A stretch of 64,000 nucleotides of DNA from Squalus acanthias (Eukaryota), in NCBI GenBank assembly GCA_030390025.1, contig CM059432.1, positions 2,666,001 to 2,730,000 on the forward strand. Direction: 5' to 3'. The notes below the pieces were generated by a model. That model was given only the letters and a program-made list of their open reading frames with translations, was not told the origin of the DNA and ran no database searches. The translations under genes were made by a program, and so were the position numbers. Below, piece by piece: positions 48,561 to 60,300 of this stretch. Position 1 is the stretch's first letter. Every line of letters begins with the position of its first letter.

Positions 48561-48691
48561 GGAAGAGACACGGTGTGACGGAGGTGAATTCTGACGTGTT
48601 GAGCACCATATCGCACGCAACGCAAGAGCACTTACGGGAACTGGTGGAAAAAGTCACTGTAATTGCACAGCATCGGATGATGGTGTACAAG
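48561..48691 (+). CDS. TAF4B: TAF4B coding exon, histone-fold region (GKRHGVTEVNSDVLSTISHATQEHLRELVEKVTVIAQHRMMVYK)
   Basis: cttctgcag acceptor and AAG|gttag donor; 131 nt, phase 1 to 0; IAQHRM..YK resembles TAF4B IAQHRMTTYK. Not in the ORF track; found by reading. Confidence 0.95.
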
Positions 48692-48769
48692 GTTAGCCCT
48701 CTTTTTGTTATTTGCAATTCATGTATTGATGGTAAATAGCCCGCTTAAATTATTTTGCTGGTACTTTGC

Positions 48770-50440
48770 ATACGGGATCCTTGGCTTTATAAATAAGGGC
48801 ACAGCGGCAGTTATGCTAAACCTTTACAGATCACTGGTTAGGCCCCAGCGAGAGTATTGTGGCCAATTCTGGGCACCACTCTTTAGGATGGAAGTCAAGG
48901 CCCTGGAGAGGGGGCAGAGGAGATTTACTAGAGTGCTACCAGGGATGAAGGACTTCAGTTATGTGGAGAGACTGGAGAAGCTGAGATTGTTCTCCTTCGA
49001 GCAGAGAACAATCTCACTGGAGTAAATAAGGAGAAACTGTTTCCAGTGACACAAAGGTCGGTAATCAGAGGACACAGATTGGTAATTGGCAAAAGAGCCA
49101 GAGGGGAGATGAGGAAAAGGATTTTACGCAGCGCGTTGTTGTGATCTGGAATGCACTGCCTGAAAGGGTGGTGGAAGCAGATTCAATAGTAACATTCAAA
49201 AGGGAATTTGATAAATGCTTGAAGGGGGCTTTGGGGAAAGAGCAGGGGAGTGAGACTAATTGGATATCTTTTGAAGAGCTGGCACAGGCACGATGGGCCA
49301 AATGGTCTCTCTCTGTGCTGTATGATTCTATAATTTAAGAAGGAATGTGGGGGGAAAGAAGACGACCAGCATTCTCTTGATGCTCCCTATCTAATATCCT
49401 GTGCTGTGTCATTCTATGATTTGATTCCCTGTAGTTCATTTTGTTTGGTGTTTTTTAATCTCATCTCTTCTTACTCCCCTTGCGAGCTGCTCATCATCGC
49501 AAGTCTTAATTTGGTCGAGACCGTGGAAAGTCTTTTCCCAAATGCTGTTTGCAAAATGGAATTTCTTTGTCCCTGGGTAGGTGCTTCACAGGAGCGATTA
49601 TCAAACAAAATTTGAGAGACAGGTGAGGTAGTTATTGAGGAGAGAAAGGTGGGGAGAAGTTTAAGGAGTGAATTCCAGAGCTTGGGGCCGAGACAGCTGA
49701 AGGCACGGCCGCCAATGGTGGAGCGATTGGGGGCTCACAAGTGGCCAAAATTTAAGGAAAGCAGAGATCTTGGAGGGTTGTAGGGCTGGAGGAGGTTAGA
49801 GATAGGAAGGGGGAAAGGCCATGGAAGGATTTGAAAATTAGGATGAGAATTTTAAATTCCAAAGAGGGACTGGAGGAGGCTCGTCTATAAATTGACACAC
49901 TATCTCATTCATTGAAGATGCCTTCTGAACTCCGTCTGGCACCAATAGTGGCTCATCAGAGTGGCTTTTTTTTTCTTTCTGTGATCATCTCACTGACTCC
50001 GGTGGCTTTCTGTCCTTCCAGTATGTTTTCTGGAGGTGAATTGAGGTGGTTCAGTTTCGTTACTGAGCCAAAAATTCACCACGATTGCTCGTGAAATGGA
50101 TCTTTCTTGATTATTGGATGGGTGCTGCCTAAAAGAATCAAGAGGCTCATTTCCTTGATAACCACTTGCATTTATATAGCACCTTTAACCGTAGTAAAAC
50201 AGAGCTTCACAGGAGCGATATCAGACAAACCGTGACACCGAGCCACAGGAGATATTCGGACAGGTGATCAAAAGCTTGACCAGAGGCAGGTTTTAAGGAG
50301 CATCTTGGAGGAGGAGGAGGAGGAGGAGGAGGGAGAGAGAGGCGCTGAGGGAGGGAATTCCAGAGCTTAGGGCCTTGGCAACTCAAGACACAGCTGCCAA
50401 TGGTGGGGCGATGAAAATTGGAGATGCGCAAGAGGCCAGA
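48770..50440. mobile_element. CR1 3' fragment (+; 48770-49330) and two L2 3' fragments (-; 49580-49857, 50160-50440)
   Basis: YGILGFINKG..LVRPQREYCGQFWAP peptide; L2 tail motifs. Confidence 0.8.
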
Positions 50441-51235
50441 GGTGCTGATTTAAGGTGCTAAACTGTGACTCTTGTCTGATTTGGGGTGGGGGGGTGTCTT
50501 AAATTTCCAACGGCAGATATAGTTAAGCTGACGGGAATCTGCTGTGTTGCTACACGGTCACAATTGGGGACCAGCTTTTCGAATGTGAAATTCCGCCCGT
50601 GCGCGCAACTTTGGGCCGCGCACCCAATTAAAGGGACAGCGCACGGGGGGAAAAAAATTAGATGGAACATTGACAGGACTCTAATGCCAGAGATCATAAA
50701 AATTCACCCATGTCGTTTTTTTAAAACCTATCCTTTTATGTATGACTAAGCTTCATTCAACTTTTTTAATTAATTTTCAGTCAGCAACATATTGCATATC
50801 GTCTTCAACCAGTGACCGCAATTCCCCAATCCAGAGTAATTTGCTTTTAAGTTTAGATGTCTAACTCCAAAACCACACAGACAATTACGTGTTTGAGCGC
50901 CGACATCCTGCTGAAATAATTTATAAAGAGAAAGATTAGTAAAAATTTAAGTAATTTCCAAAGGGAGGTTATTTATGTGAATTGCCTTGGAGCGGCTCGT
51001 GAATTCTGCCACTTGTGTGTAAGCAGGGGGCTCAACAATGTGTATTTGATGTGCCCCTGTGTAAACTGAATTTGGCAAGAAAAATAAATAAATCTGAGCT
51101 CTCGTTATAATACAGCAGCTGTGCGAATTCGCCATCAACATTATGAAGGGGTTCGATCGGGTAGACGTAGAGATGATGTTTCCACTTGTGGGGGAAATCC
51201 AAAAGTAGAGGCCATAAGTATAAGATGGTCACTAA

Positions 51236-51402
51236 CAATGTTCCCTGTCATTTTCTTTTGGGTCGTGCGGCCCCTTTAACAGGCTGTGTATCCCATTCAA
51301 AATTCCACTCACGCGTGGGTTTTTTTTCCAGTTTAAAAGCCAGCTCACCTGCTGCGCGGGAGCTTGAGTGCTGCGCGGCCGCTCCACTTAAAGGGAACGT
51401 TG
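51236..51402. mobile_element. hAT-type MITE, 167 bp, perfect 8-bp TSD
   Basis: TIRs caatgttccct / agggaacgttg; GTCACTAA duplicated at 51228-51235 and 51403-51410 inside a CR1 fragment. Confidence 0.9.
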
Positions 51403-51463
51403 GTCACTAATAAATCCAATAAGGAATTCGGGAGAAACTTCCATGCCCAGAGAGTGGTGAGAA

Positions 51464-51752
51464 CACGGTGGCATAGTGGTTAGCACTGTTGCTTCACAGC
51501 GCCAGGGACCCGGGTTCGAATCCGACCTCGGGTGACTGTCTGTGTGGAGTTTGCACATTCTCCCCGTGTCTGCGTGGGTTTCCTCCGGGTGCTCCGGTTT
51601 CCTCCCACAGTCCAAAGATGTGCGGGTTAGGTTGATTTGGCTATGATAAATTGACCCTTAGTGTTGGGGGGATTAAATACGTGGGGTTACGGGGATAGGG
51701 TGGGATATGTGTCGGTGCAGGCTCGATGGGCCGAAATGGCCTCTATCTGCAT
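51464..51752 (+). mobile_element. V-SINE (HE1-like)
   Basis: tRNA-like head ggtggcatagtggttagcact..gggttcgaatcc; V-domain tgtgtggagtttgcacattctccccgtgtctgcgtgggtttcctccgggtgctccggtttcctcccaca; CR1-like tail gatgggccgaaatggcct. Confidence 0.9.
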
Positions 51753-51786
51753 GGTGGGGATTCTGTGGCGAATGTGGAACTCGCTC

Positions 51787-52186
51787 GAAGAAAGAGAGGT
51801 AATCTCATTGAAAAACACACAATTCTTATAGGGCTTGACAGGGTAGATGCAGGGAGGATGTTTCCCCTTGCTGGGGAGTCTCGAACCAGGGGTCACAGTC
51901 TCAGGATAAGGGGTCGGCCATTTAGGACTGAGATGAGGAGAAATTTCTTCACTCAGAGGGGGTGAATCTTTGGAATTCTCTACCTCAGAGGGCTGTGGAG
52001 GCTCAGTCGTTGAGTATATTCAAGACAGAGATCAATAGATTTTTGAATATTAAGGGAATCAAGGGATATGGGGATAGTGCAGGAAAGAGGAGATTAGGTA
52101 GAAGATCAGCCATTACATTACTGAATGGCGGAGCAGGCTCGAAGTGCCAAATGGCCGACTCCTGCTCCTATTTCTTATGTTCTTAT
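51787..52186 (+). mobile_element. CR1 3' fragment nested in an older CR1 (host 51140-52378)
   Basis: Peptide GLDRVDAGRMFPLAGESRTRGH; host sequence aatgtggaactcgct resumes as gctaccatgtggagtggttgagg at ~52187. Confidence 0.85.
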
Positions 52187-52654
52187 GCTACCATGTGGAG
52201 TGGTTGAGGCGAGTGTCGTAGATGTCTTTAAGGGGAAGCTAGATAAACACACGAGGGAGATGGGAATTGAAGGATCTGTCAATAGGGTGAGAAGCAAATA
52301 GAGTGGGAGGACGCTTGTGTGGAGCATAAACACCGGCAGAGATCGGTAGGGCCGAATGGGCTGTTTCTGTGCTGTAGCAGTAAATCGAGCTTTTGGTTGT
52401 GTGGTGCACTGTTGATTGGTTAATCTGCTGATATCACTGCACCTCTCCATCCTAGTTGGGAATGCCATTGTTGGGTTTTAATTGCTGGGGAACTCTGCAA
52501 GCCCGAACTTAGTTGGTTAAGCCTAAATGATGTGAATTTATTCCTCCTGTTTCCCCAGCAAGAGGGAAATGAAAATGACCTGTGCAGGTCCTGTGGCTGA
52601 ACCTAAAGTTAGCTCTGCTGAATGGGGTGCTTTTCTTCCTATCTTTAAAATGAT

Positions 52655-53995
52655 GGATGGATTGATGGGGTAGACAATCTCTTTGGAACAGAGGAGGCTG
52701 AGGGGAGGTTTAATTGAGGTATAAAATTGAGGGGCCCAGATAGAGTGGATAGGAAGGACCTATTTCCCTTAGCAGAGAGGTCAATAACCTCAGTTGTTGA
52801 GTATATTCAAGACCGAGATCGATAGATTTACCTTAGGAAGGATATACTGACCTCAGAGGGAGTGCAACAAAGGTTCACCAGACTGGTTCCTGGGATGGGG
52901 GGGATTGTCCTATGAGGAGAGATTGAGTAGACTAGGCCTACATTCTCTAGCGTTTAGAAGAATGAGAGGCGGGTTTTAAGGAGCGCCTTAAAGGAGGAAG
53001 GGTAGAGAGGCGGAGAGGTTTAGGGAGGGAATTCCAGAGCTTGCGTCCTTGGCAGTTGAAGGAATGGCCACAAGTACTTCAGCAATTAAAATCGGGGATG
53101 CGCAAGAGACCAGAATTAGAGGAGCACAGATCTCCCCGGTGGGGGGGGGGGCGTGGCCGTGATTGTGGGGCTGGAGGAGATTACAGAGATAGGGAGTGGC
53201 GAGGCCATGGGGGGATTTGAAAACAAGGATGAGAATTTTAAAATCGAGACGTTGCTGGACCGAGAGGCCCATGTAGGTCAGCGAGCACAAGGGTGATGGG
53301 TGAACGGGACTTGGTGCGAGTTAGGACACGGGCAGCAGAGTTTTGGATGACCTCAAGTTTACATAGGGTAGAATGTGGGAGGCCGGCCAGGAGAGCGCTT
53401 GTAATAGTCAAGTCGAGAGGTAACAAAGGCATGGATGAGGGTTTCAGCAGCAGATGAGCTGAGTGAGACTGTTGAATTGAATGCAAAGCCTTCCGGTCTG
53501 CGTAACTCTATTACGCCATACGCTCCGTACAACCATTGGAGGAAACTTGCATGTTCTTTAGTTCTAATTACAGCCTTTGGGGGTAACTAATAAATTTTGC
53601 TTTTTATTTTTATTTTTTTTGGGTTGTAAAGGATAGCAGGAAATCTCTAATTCCCAAACCCAGACACAGACCCAATTTTGAGTTCAACAGAAATATAAAA
53701 GCAGGAGGGTCGGAAACCAGACCACACGGGTTTAAGATAATTGGCAAAAAAGCCAGGGCAGATGAGATTTTTTTTATTCTGCAGCGAGTTATGATCGGGA
53801 ATGCACTGCTGAAAGGGCGGGTGGAAGCAGATTCAATAGTGACTTTTGAAAGAGAAGTGGATATGTACTTAAATAGGAAAAAATTTACAGGGCTATGTGG
53901 AAAGAGCAGGGAGAGTGGGACTAATTGGAGAGCTCTTTCAAAGAGCACTTTCCAAGATGGGCCGAATGGCCACCTCCTGTGCTGTATCATTCTAC
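52655..53995. mobile_element. CR1 mosaic (+; 52655-52968), L2 (-; 52969-53465) and CR1 3' fragment (+; 53700-53995)
   Basis: Peptide KLEVIQNSAARVLTRTKSRSPIT (L2) and CR1 tail motifs. Confidence 0.8.
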
Positions 53996-55034
53996 GAATC
54001 TGAACTTGGTCGGTGCCAGTGTGGCGCTGTCACAAATACCGAGCCTCTTGCCAGGTAGTAAGAGTTGCTGATGGCAGACATCGGGACAGGCTGGAGGAAT
54101 GAATATGCTAAATAGAAGCAGAGTCGAATGATCATCTCATCGGTTTCAATTTGCTAGAAAAAGCATGACGTTAACTGGAATTGATCTTCAATAATATTGG
54201 CTAAAAGATCAGGAGGCGGGGGAATTTGTATCGTGCAGCACTGGGATCCTGCCACTGCATGGGACTGTTGACTTAAAGATTATGGCCGCTGCGTTTCCGC
54301 TTTGGGCGCAATCGGCAATCCAGACGTTTATAAATTGCGCTAGTTTTGAGGAGTGTTTTTTTTTTCCCCAAGTTTCCGCTCAAACTCATTTTGCATATCG
54401 CCGAATGTAAAATCTGCAATGAACCAGTGCTGACGAGCAACGTTTTAGCACGCAATTTTGAAAAACAATTGAATTAAAAATAATTCCTTGACCTATTTAA
54501 GAGTGGTAACCTGGTGCAGCTTTATTACAGCTGAAAATGGGTTTATCACAAAAAATAATCATTTTTAATGAGTCTCCAGTCCATCACCTGTGACTAACCC
54601 GATTTTAAACAACTGAAAATGACTTTTTTTTAAACTATACAAAACCATTTACTAGTTACATTGGTGTACAGTAGTCAGTTTCTTAATAAATTTCAAAACA
54701 CATTTTTTTATAACGTGCCTATTCGTGTCCTTGTGCCAAAGGAAGCTTAATTTTAAGAGCCTGCTCAAAGGCCTGCAAATGAGTGCAATTAACAGAAACT
54801 GGCCGTGGTGATTCATTCGATCTGTTGGCAGGGCCAGCTTCTCGCGCCATGTTTTTTAAACAAACGGAAAAAATCGCGGAAACTCTTATTTGCGCTGGTC
54901 GTAATTTGCGCTTAAAATTCCTTGATCTTTTGCGCCGGATTGGCTGATTTCGGGTGAGTTGTGCTGGGGGAAAAAACCAGTGCAACCGAGCGGAAACTCC
55001 TGCCCTATATACTACAGCGTATGTGCAGCATCCA

Positions 55035-55520
55035 CTGGGAGTGCAGCGCAGATTCACCAGAATGTTACCGGGGTCCATGGGTTAGATTATGAGGAGAGAT
55101 TACACAAACTAGGCTCGTATTCCCTGGGATATGGAAGGTTAATGGGTGATTTGATTAGAGTGTTTAGGATTTTGAAAGGAATGGATAGGGTAGAGAGAGA
55201 GAGAGAGAAACTTTTTCCGCTGGTGGGGTAGTCTAGGACAAGAGGACATCACCTTAAAATCAGAGCCTGGCCATTCAGGAGAGAAGTTAGGAAACACTTC
55301 TTCACGCAAAGGGTGGTGGAAGTGTGGAACTCTCTCCCACAAAAAACAGTCGATGCTGAGGCTCAATTAATAATTTTAAATCGGAGATCGATAGATTTTT
55401 GCTAGACAAAGGTATTGAGGGATATGGAGCCAAGGCGGGTAGATGGAGTTAGGATACAGATCAGCCATGATATTGAATGGCGGGACAGTCTCGAGGGGCT
55501 GAATGGCCTATCCCTGTTCC
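55035..55520 (+). mobile_element. CR1 3' fragment
   Basis: GLDYEERLHKLG.YSL..RLMGDLI peptide and tail. Confidence 0.85.
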
Positions 55521-55949
55521 AATCTTCCTATATTGATGGCAAAATGATATTTCACAAACGTCCCTTTACATACTTAACGAGGACATGTCGGAACCCAAGT
55601 TGAGAGCCCGGTAGCATCCCATTATGAAACCCGGGGTGCTGGGCCGGAAATTGAGCTTGCGATCCTGGACTGAAATTGTAGTCCAAAACCAATGGAATTT
55701 GGTCCAATGCATCTCGTCTCCATCAAGCGTCTCAATGGTTTAGCCCATGTTTCGTTTTTGAAAATGTTGTTGCGTAGGATTGGATTGTAGCGATTAGAGG
55801 TTGAGTATTTGCTTTGCAGTAAATTACAAGATAACTCAAGTGCTTGCGTTGTGGAGGAATTCATGGCGCAATTATTTTAAGCAAACTGTATTTGGAAAGA
55901 GCAGCATTTTACAGCTTGACTCACTTGGCTGATGATTCTGGTCCTGCAG

Positions 55950-56075
55950 GAAGATGACCGGTACACCCTACTGAACGACACCCGATCACAAGTGAAGTTT
56001 TTGGAGCAGTTGGATCGGCTAGAGAAACAGCGAAAAGATGAAGACGAAAGAGAAACTATGCTTCGATTAGCAAGG
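55950..56075 (+). CDS. TAF4B: TAF4B coding exon (EDDRYTLLNDTRSQVKFLEQLDRLEKQRKDEDERETMLRLAR)
   Basis: cctgcag acceptor and AGG|gtaag donor; 126 nt, phase 0 to 0; DTRSQ.KFLE.LD.LEKQRKD is the conserved TAF4/TAF4B motif. The next exon (SRS..EDPEQLRLKQKAKE) was not seen in the window. Confidence 0.96.
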
Positions 56076-56288
56076 GTAAGGATAGCTTTTACTCCTGTCA
56101 GATTATAATTGGGGTGCTTCTGGATACTGCAGGATGCTTACTGCATCGCTGTGTCATGGCGTTTCTGTACTCCTGACACTGCACGGAGACAAGTTTGTCT
56201 GTCTTGAGTTGGATTTTTGGACACCTGCTAGTTTACTGAAAATGCTTCTGGTTGGGATATCTTTTTGTTAATGTTCGCTTTGTTTGAG

Positions 56289-56755
56289 GTCAGCCGTGGC
56301 TCAGTGGGTAGCACCCTCGCCTCCGAGTCAGAAGGTTGCGAGTTCAAGTCTCACTCCAGAGACTTGAGCACAAATATCTAGGCGGACACTCCCAGTGCAG
56401 TTCTGAGGGAGTGCTGCACTGCCTGAGGTGCCGTCTTTCGGATGAGCCGTTACACCGAGGCCCCGCCTGCGCTCTCAGGTGGACGTAAAAGATCCCATGG
56501 AACTATTTCGAAGAAGAGCAGGGGAGTTCTCCCCGGTGTCCTGGCCAATATTTATCCCTTAACCAACATCACTGAAACAGATTATCTGGTCATTATCGCA
56601 TTGCTGTTTTGTGGGAGCTTGCTGTGCGCAAATTGGCTGCTGTGTTTCCTACATTACAACAGTGACTACACTTCAAAAAGTACTTCATTGGCTGTAAAGC
56701 GCTTTGGGACGTCCGGTGGTCGTGAAAGGCGCTGTAGAAACGCAAGTCTTTCTCT
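56289..56755 (+). mobile_element. Deu-domain SINE, full length
   Basis: gtcagccgtggctcagtgggtagc (A box), gagttcaagtc (B box), Deu core, L2-type tail. Confidence 0.9.
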
Positions 56756-57642
56756 TTTTTAAAGAATCCATGCACCACAATTCAATATTATTGGGGCTCT
56801 TAACCAGGGAGACCCGATTTCAGTCGGTAGAAGAGTTCACACGGCTACATTTGGGCTTACTTTCCCGAGGTTGGGAATAAAGTACATCATTGGAACAAAA
56901 TAGAGAAAGCTTAATGCACATGAAAAGTGGTTTAATTCTCTCCATTGACATCATTCACCTTGATCATAAAATATGTCTCTTTGTTCTGCATTAGGAGCCG
57001 GCAGATACAAGGTTAAGGCTCAGAAATGCAATTATTTTTTTGAGCCTTCCCTGGAGTACCTCTTTAATGAAATGATTTAATCTATATATAATCTGAAATA
57101 AAAGGTGCAGTAATAGCAGACTCAATGTCCAGAAATCTGTTGGCTGTTGTGATCGTAAAACATCATTAAGGTTGAGATCATTAATACATCTGTCATTCTG
57201 ATACCTGGGGATGGGGACATTGCTATCTTTTCGTTCCCTTTTCAAGTCATTCCACCTCATGGTAGCAAGATCACCGACTACAACTAACCCAGTTACCACA
57301 GCGATGCAGTGAAGCAACACCAGAGTGCCTTGTACTGGTGAATTTTCACAACTCGGCCACTCTTTTCAGAAGTACGATGCATTGCTGTCTTGACTGATCC
57401 CTCCACTCCATAGCAAGCTTCAGCCTCGCGCAGTGCAGAAAATAGCTTTTCAGTGCTGCATGTAATTGGTGGGGGGGGGGGGGGGGGGTGGAATTTAGCA
57501 GTACTGTGTTCTGAGCTGAGAAGCTTCTTTTTGGCATCATTTTTCAAATCGCCAAACCAAAATATCCGCAGAGAACTAAACGGTCTCCCGGCTGATGCAG
57601 TGCTTGTGTAAACAAATGCACTTCATTTCGATGCGAAGACTA

Positions 57643-58172
57643 CTCCAGCGCGCTCTTGGCTGGCCTCCCATGTTCTACCCAACATAAACTTGAGATCACC
57701 CAAAACTCTGCTGCCCGTATCCTAATTCGCACCGAGTCCCGTTCGCCCATCACCCCTGTGCTCCCTGACCTACATTGGCTCCCGGTTAAGCAAAGACTCG
57801 ATTTTAAAAATTCTCGTCCTTGTTTTCAAATCCCTCCACGGCCTCACCCCTCCCTATCTCTCTCATCTCCTCCAGCCCCACCACCCCTGAGAACTCTGTG
57901 CTCCTCCAATTCTGGCCTCTTGCTCCACCATTGACGGTCGTGCCTTCAGCCGCCTGGGCCCTAAGCTCTGGAATTCCCTCCCTGAACTCCTCTGCCTTTC
58001 GCTCCTCCTTTAAGACGCACCTTAAAACCGACCTCTTTGACCAAGCTTTTGGTCATCTGCCCTAATATCATCTTGTGTGGCTCGGTGTCAGATTTTATTT
58101 TTATAACACTTCCTGTGAAGCGCCTTGGGACGTTTTACTACGTTAAAGGCGCTATATAAATACAAGTTGTTG
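57643..58172 (+). mobile_element. L2 LINE 3' end
   Basis: QNSAARIL..ITPVLPDLHWLPVKQRLDFK; tail aaaggcgctatataaatacaagttgttg. Confidence 0.9.
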
Positions 58173-58474
58173 GTAGACTTGGTAAAGACTGTTCATTCAA
58201 AAGTAATAGGCGTGGCCACACAGCTGACTTCTTTTGAATCTATTTACTTTTGATGCTTAATGACTAGAGTTTGAACTCTAGTTTTGGATGGGTGTAGTTT
58301 CTATATTTTTTTTTCACCTCCAAAACGCAGTGTGGGAAAGACGGTTTACGATTTTGCTGTTTGTAAAATTTCTTTACAACTCTTATTAAATTCAGAACAT
58401 ATTTCCGATTTTTGCACCATCTGGCCATTCTCCCCATTCCCGATTTGTGAGGTACTATCTGGCCTTTTAAAAAA

Positions 58475-59080
58475 TTTATTTATGGGATGTGGACGTCGCT
58501 GGCAAGACCAGCATTTATTGCCCATCCCTAGTTGCCCTTGAGAAGGTGGTGGTGAGCCGCCGCCTTGAACTGCTGCAGTCTGTGTGGTGAAGGAACTTGG
58601 AGGTAGTGGTGTTCCCATGCGCCTGCTGCCCTTGTCCTTCGAGGTGGAAGAGGTCGCGGGTTTGGGAGGTGCTGCCGAAGAAGCCTTGGCGAGTTGCTGC
58701 AGTGCATCTTGTAGATGGTACACACTGCAGCCATGGTACGCCGGTGGTGGAGGGAGTGAATGTTTAAGGTGGTGGATGGGGTGCCAATCAAGCGGGCTGC
58801 TTTGCCCTGGATGGTGTTGAGCTTCTTGAGTGTTGTTGGAGCTGCACTCATCCAGGCAAGTGGAGAGTATTCCATCACACTCCTTACTTGTGCCTTGTAG
58901 ATGGTGGAAAGGCTTTGGGGAGTCAGGAGGTGAGACACTCGCCGCAGAATACCCAGCCTCTGACCTGCTCTTGTTGCCACAGTATTTATGTGGCTGGTCC
59001 AGTTAAGTTTCTGGTCAATGGTGACCCCCCAGGATGTTGATGGTGGGGGATTCGGTGATGGTAATGCCGTTGAATGTCAA
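58475..59080 (-). mobile_element. CR1-group LINE of a distinct family, ORF2 C-terminus and 3' end
   Basis: ORF 58528-58980: RAGQRLGILRR..IYKAQVRSVMEYSPLAW..IQ.KAARLI..HSLHHRR, a non-LTR RT C-terminal pattern distinct from the dominant CR1 and L2. Confidence 0.85.
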
Positions 59081-59740
59081 GACAAAGTCCTGACCTGGTT
59101 TGACATACCTCCGTCTGAGTGTGCCACTGGCTCTGTGGCTCCTCCCTAGCTCCTACTCACTGCTGCAATGCTGCACAATTCGTCGTCTTTGCTCAATGTG
59201 AATCTAAAATGCATCTGTAGTTTTTTTTTCCTCCTTTTCCCCCTTGAGGCTTTCTGCCTGGTGGGTACAAACCGATTCAATTAGTCTTGAATAAAAATAA
59301 CTGCAGTGTAACTTGGAAGAGCTGCTGTCGCCAGCCTTTTTATGATTCAGCGGCAAAGAATTCTCATTAAGTTCTCGTGCATCCCTTTGTGTTTTTGCTC
59401 TGTTTCTTTCCTTCAAAACAAAAAAACACAATTCCAATGTAAAGAGTAAGTGCTGAAGATGGCACTGAGAGCAGGTTAGAACTGGTATGGGGGGGATGTG
59501 TAACCCAGCACAATGTAACGCCAGTGGATGGAGATGCAAGGGCCAGTTTCTCCAAATGTGCACTCCCGCCTCAAGCCTTGGAGTAGATACTGGGAACTCC
59601 TGGCCAACTTTCCCACAGGCTCACGTCCGTTGACTTCAATTCTCCCACGAGTGGCAGTTATTCCAGGTGGCTGTCTTTCATATCCAGTCAAGAGAGAACT
59701 CTTGCACAAAAGAACAATACTGCGGAAGCTCGAAATCGGG

Positions 59741-60300
59741 AATAAAAACAGAAAATGCTGGAAACACTCAGCAAGTCAGGCAGCATCTGTGGAGAGAGAA
59801 ACAGAGTTAACGTTTCAGGTCTGTAACCCTTCGTCAGAACTGGAAGAAGTTAGAGATGTAACAGGTTTTAAGCAAGTGCAGAGGCAGATTTATAGATTTT
59901 AGTATATTAAGGGAATCCAGGGATATAGGGTTAGTGCAGGAAAGTGGAGTTGAGGTAGACAATCAGCCATGATCTTATTACAGTAAATGGCAGAGCAGGC
60001 TCGAAGGGCGAACTGACCTACTCCTATATGTTCTTGTGTTCAGTGAGGGGGTGGGAAAGAACAAAAGATGATCTGTGACAGGGTAGAAGGCAGGGCAGAT
60101 TAAATAACGAAAGGGATGATGGTGCAAGGCAAAAGATGATGGTAGGACATGTAAAGAAACAAAAGATGGGTCTAGAGGAGGTGTAAATGGGAATAACAGA
60201 ATCATCAGCAACAGCTGCCATCCAAAAAATGGGGGCAGTGGTTGTGATCTGCAATTGTTGAACTCAACGTTGAGTCAGGAAGGCTGTAAAGTGCCTGAGA
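59741..60300 (-). mobile_element. Penelope-like element 3' remnant (with a CR1 tail inserted at ~59885-60038)
   Basis: Minus strand 60245-60297 translates GTLQPS*LNVEFNN, resembling the TL.P.GLN motif that ends PLE GIY-YIG endonucleases; a hammerhead motif lies downstream. Confidence 0.8.
59805..59841 (-). ncRNA. Minimal type I hammerhead ribozyme motif
   Basis: Minus strand reads AGTT-CTGACGA-A-GGGTT-ACA-GACCT-GAAA-CGTT-AACT: stem I AGTT/AACT, stem II retained with G-U pairs. Confidence 0.72.

Noticed and set aside
51464..51535. tRNA gene (also the SINE heads at 22347, 56289 and 3930)
   Set aside because: A/B boxes run directly into SINE bodies; these are tRNA-derived SINE heads.
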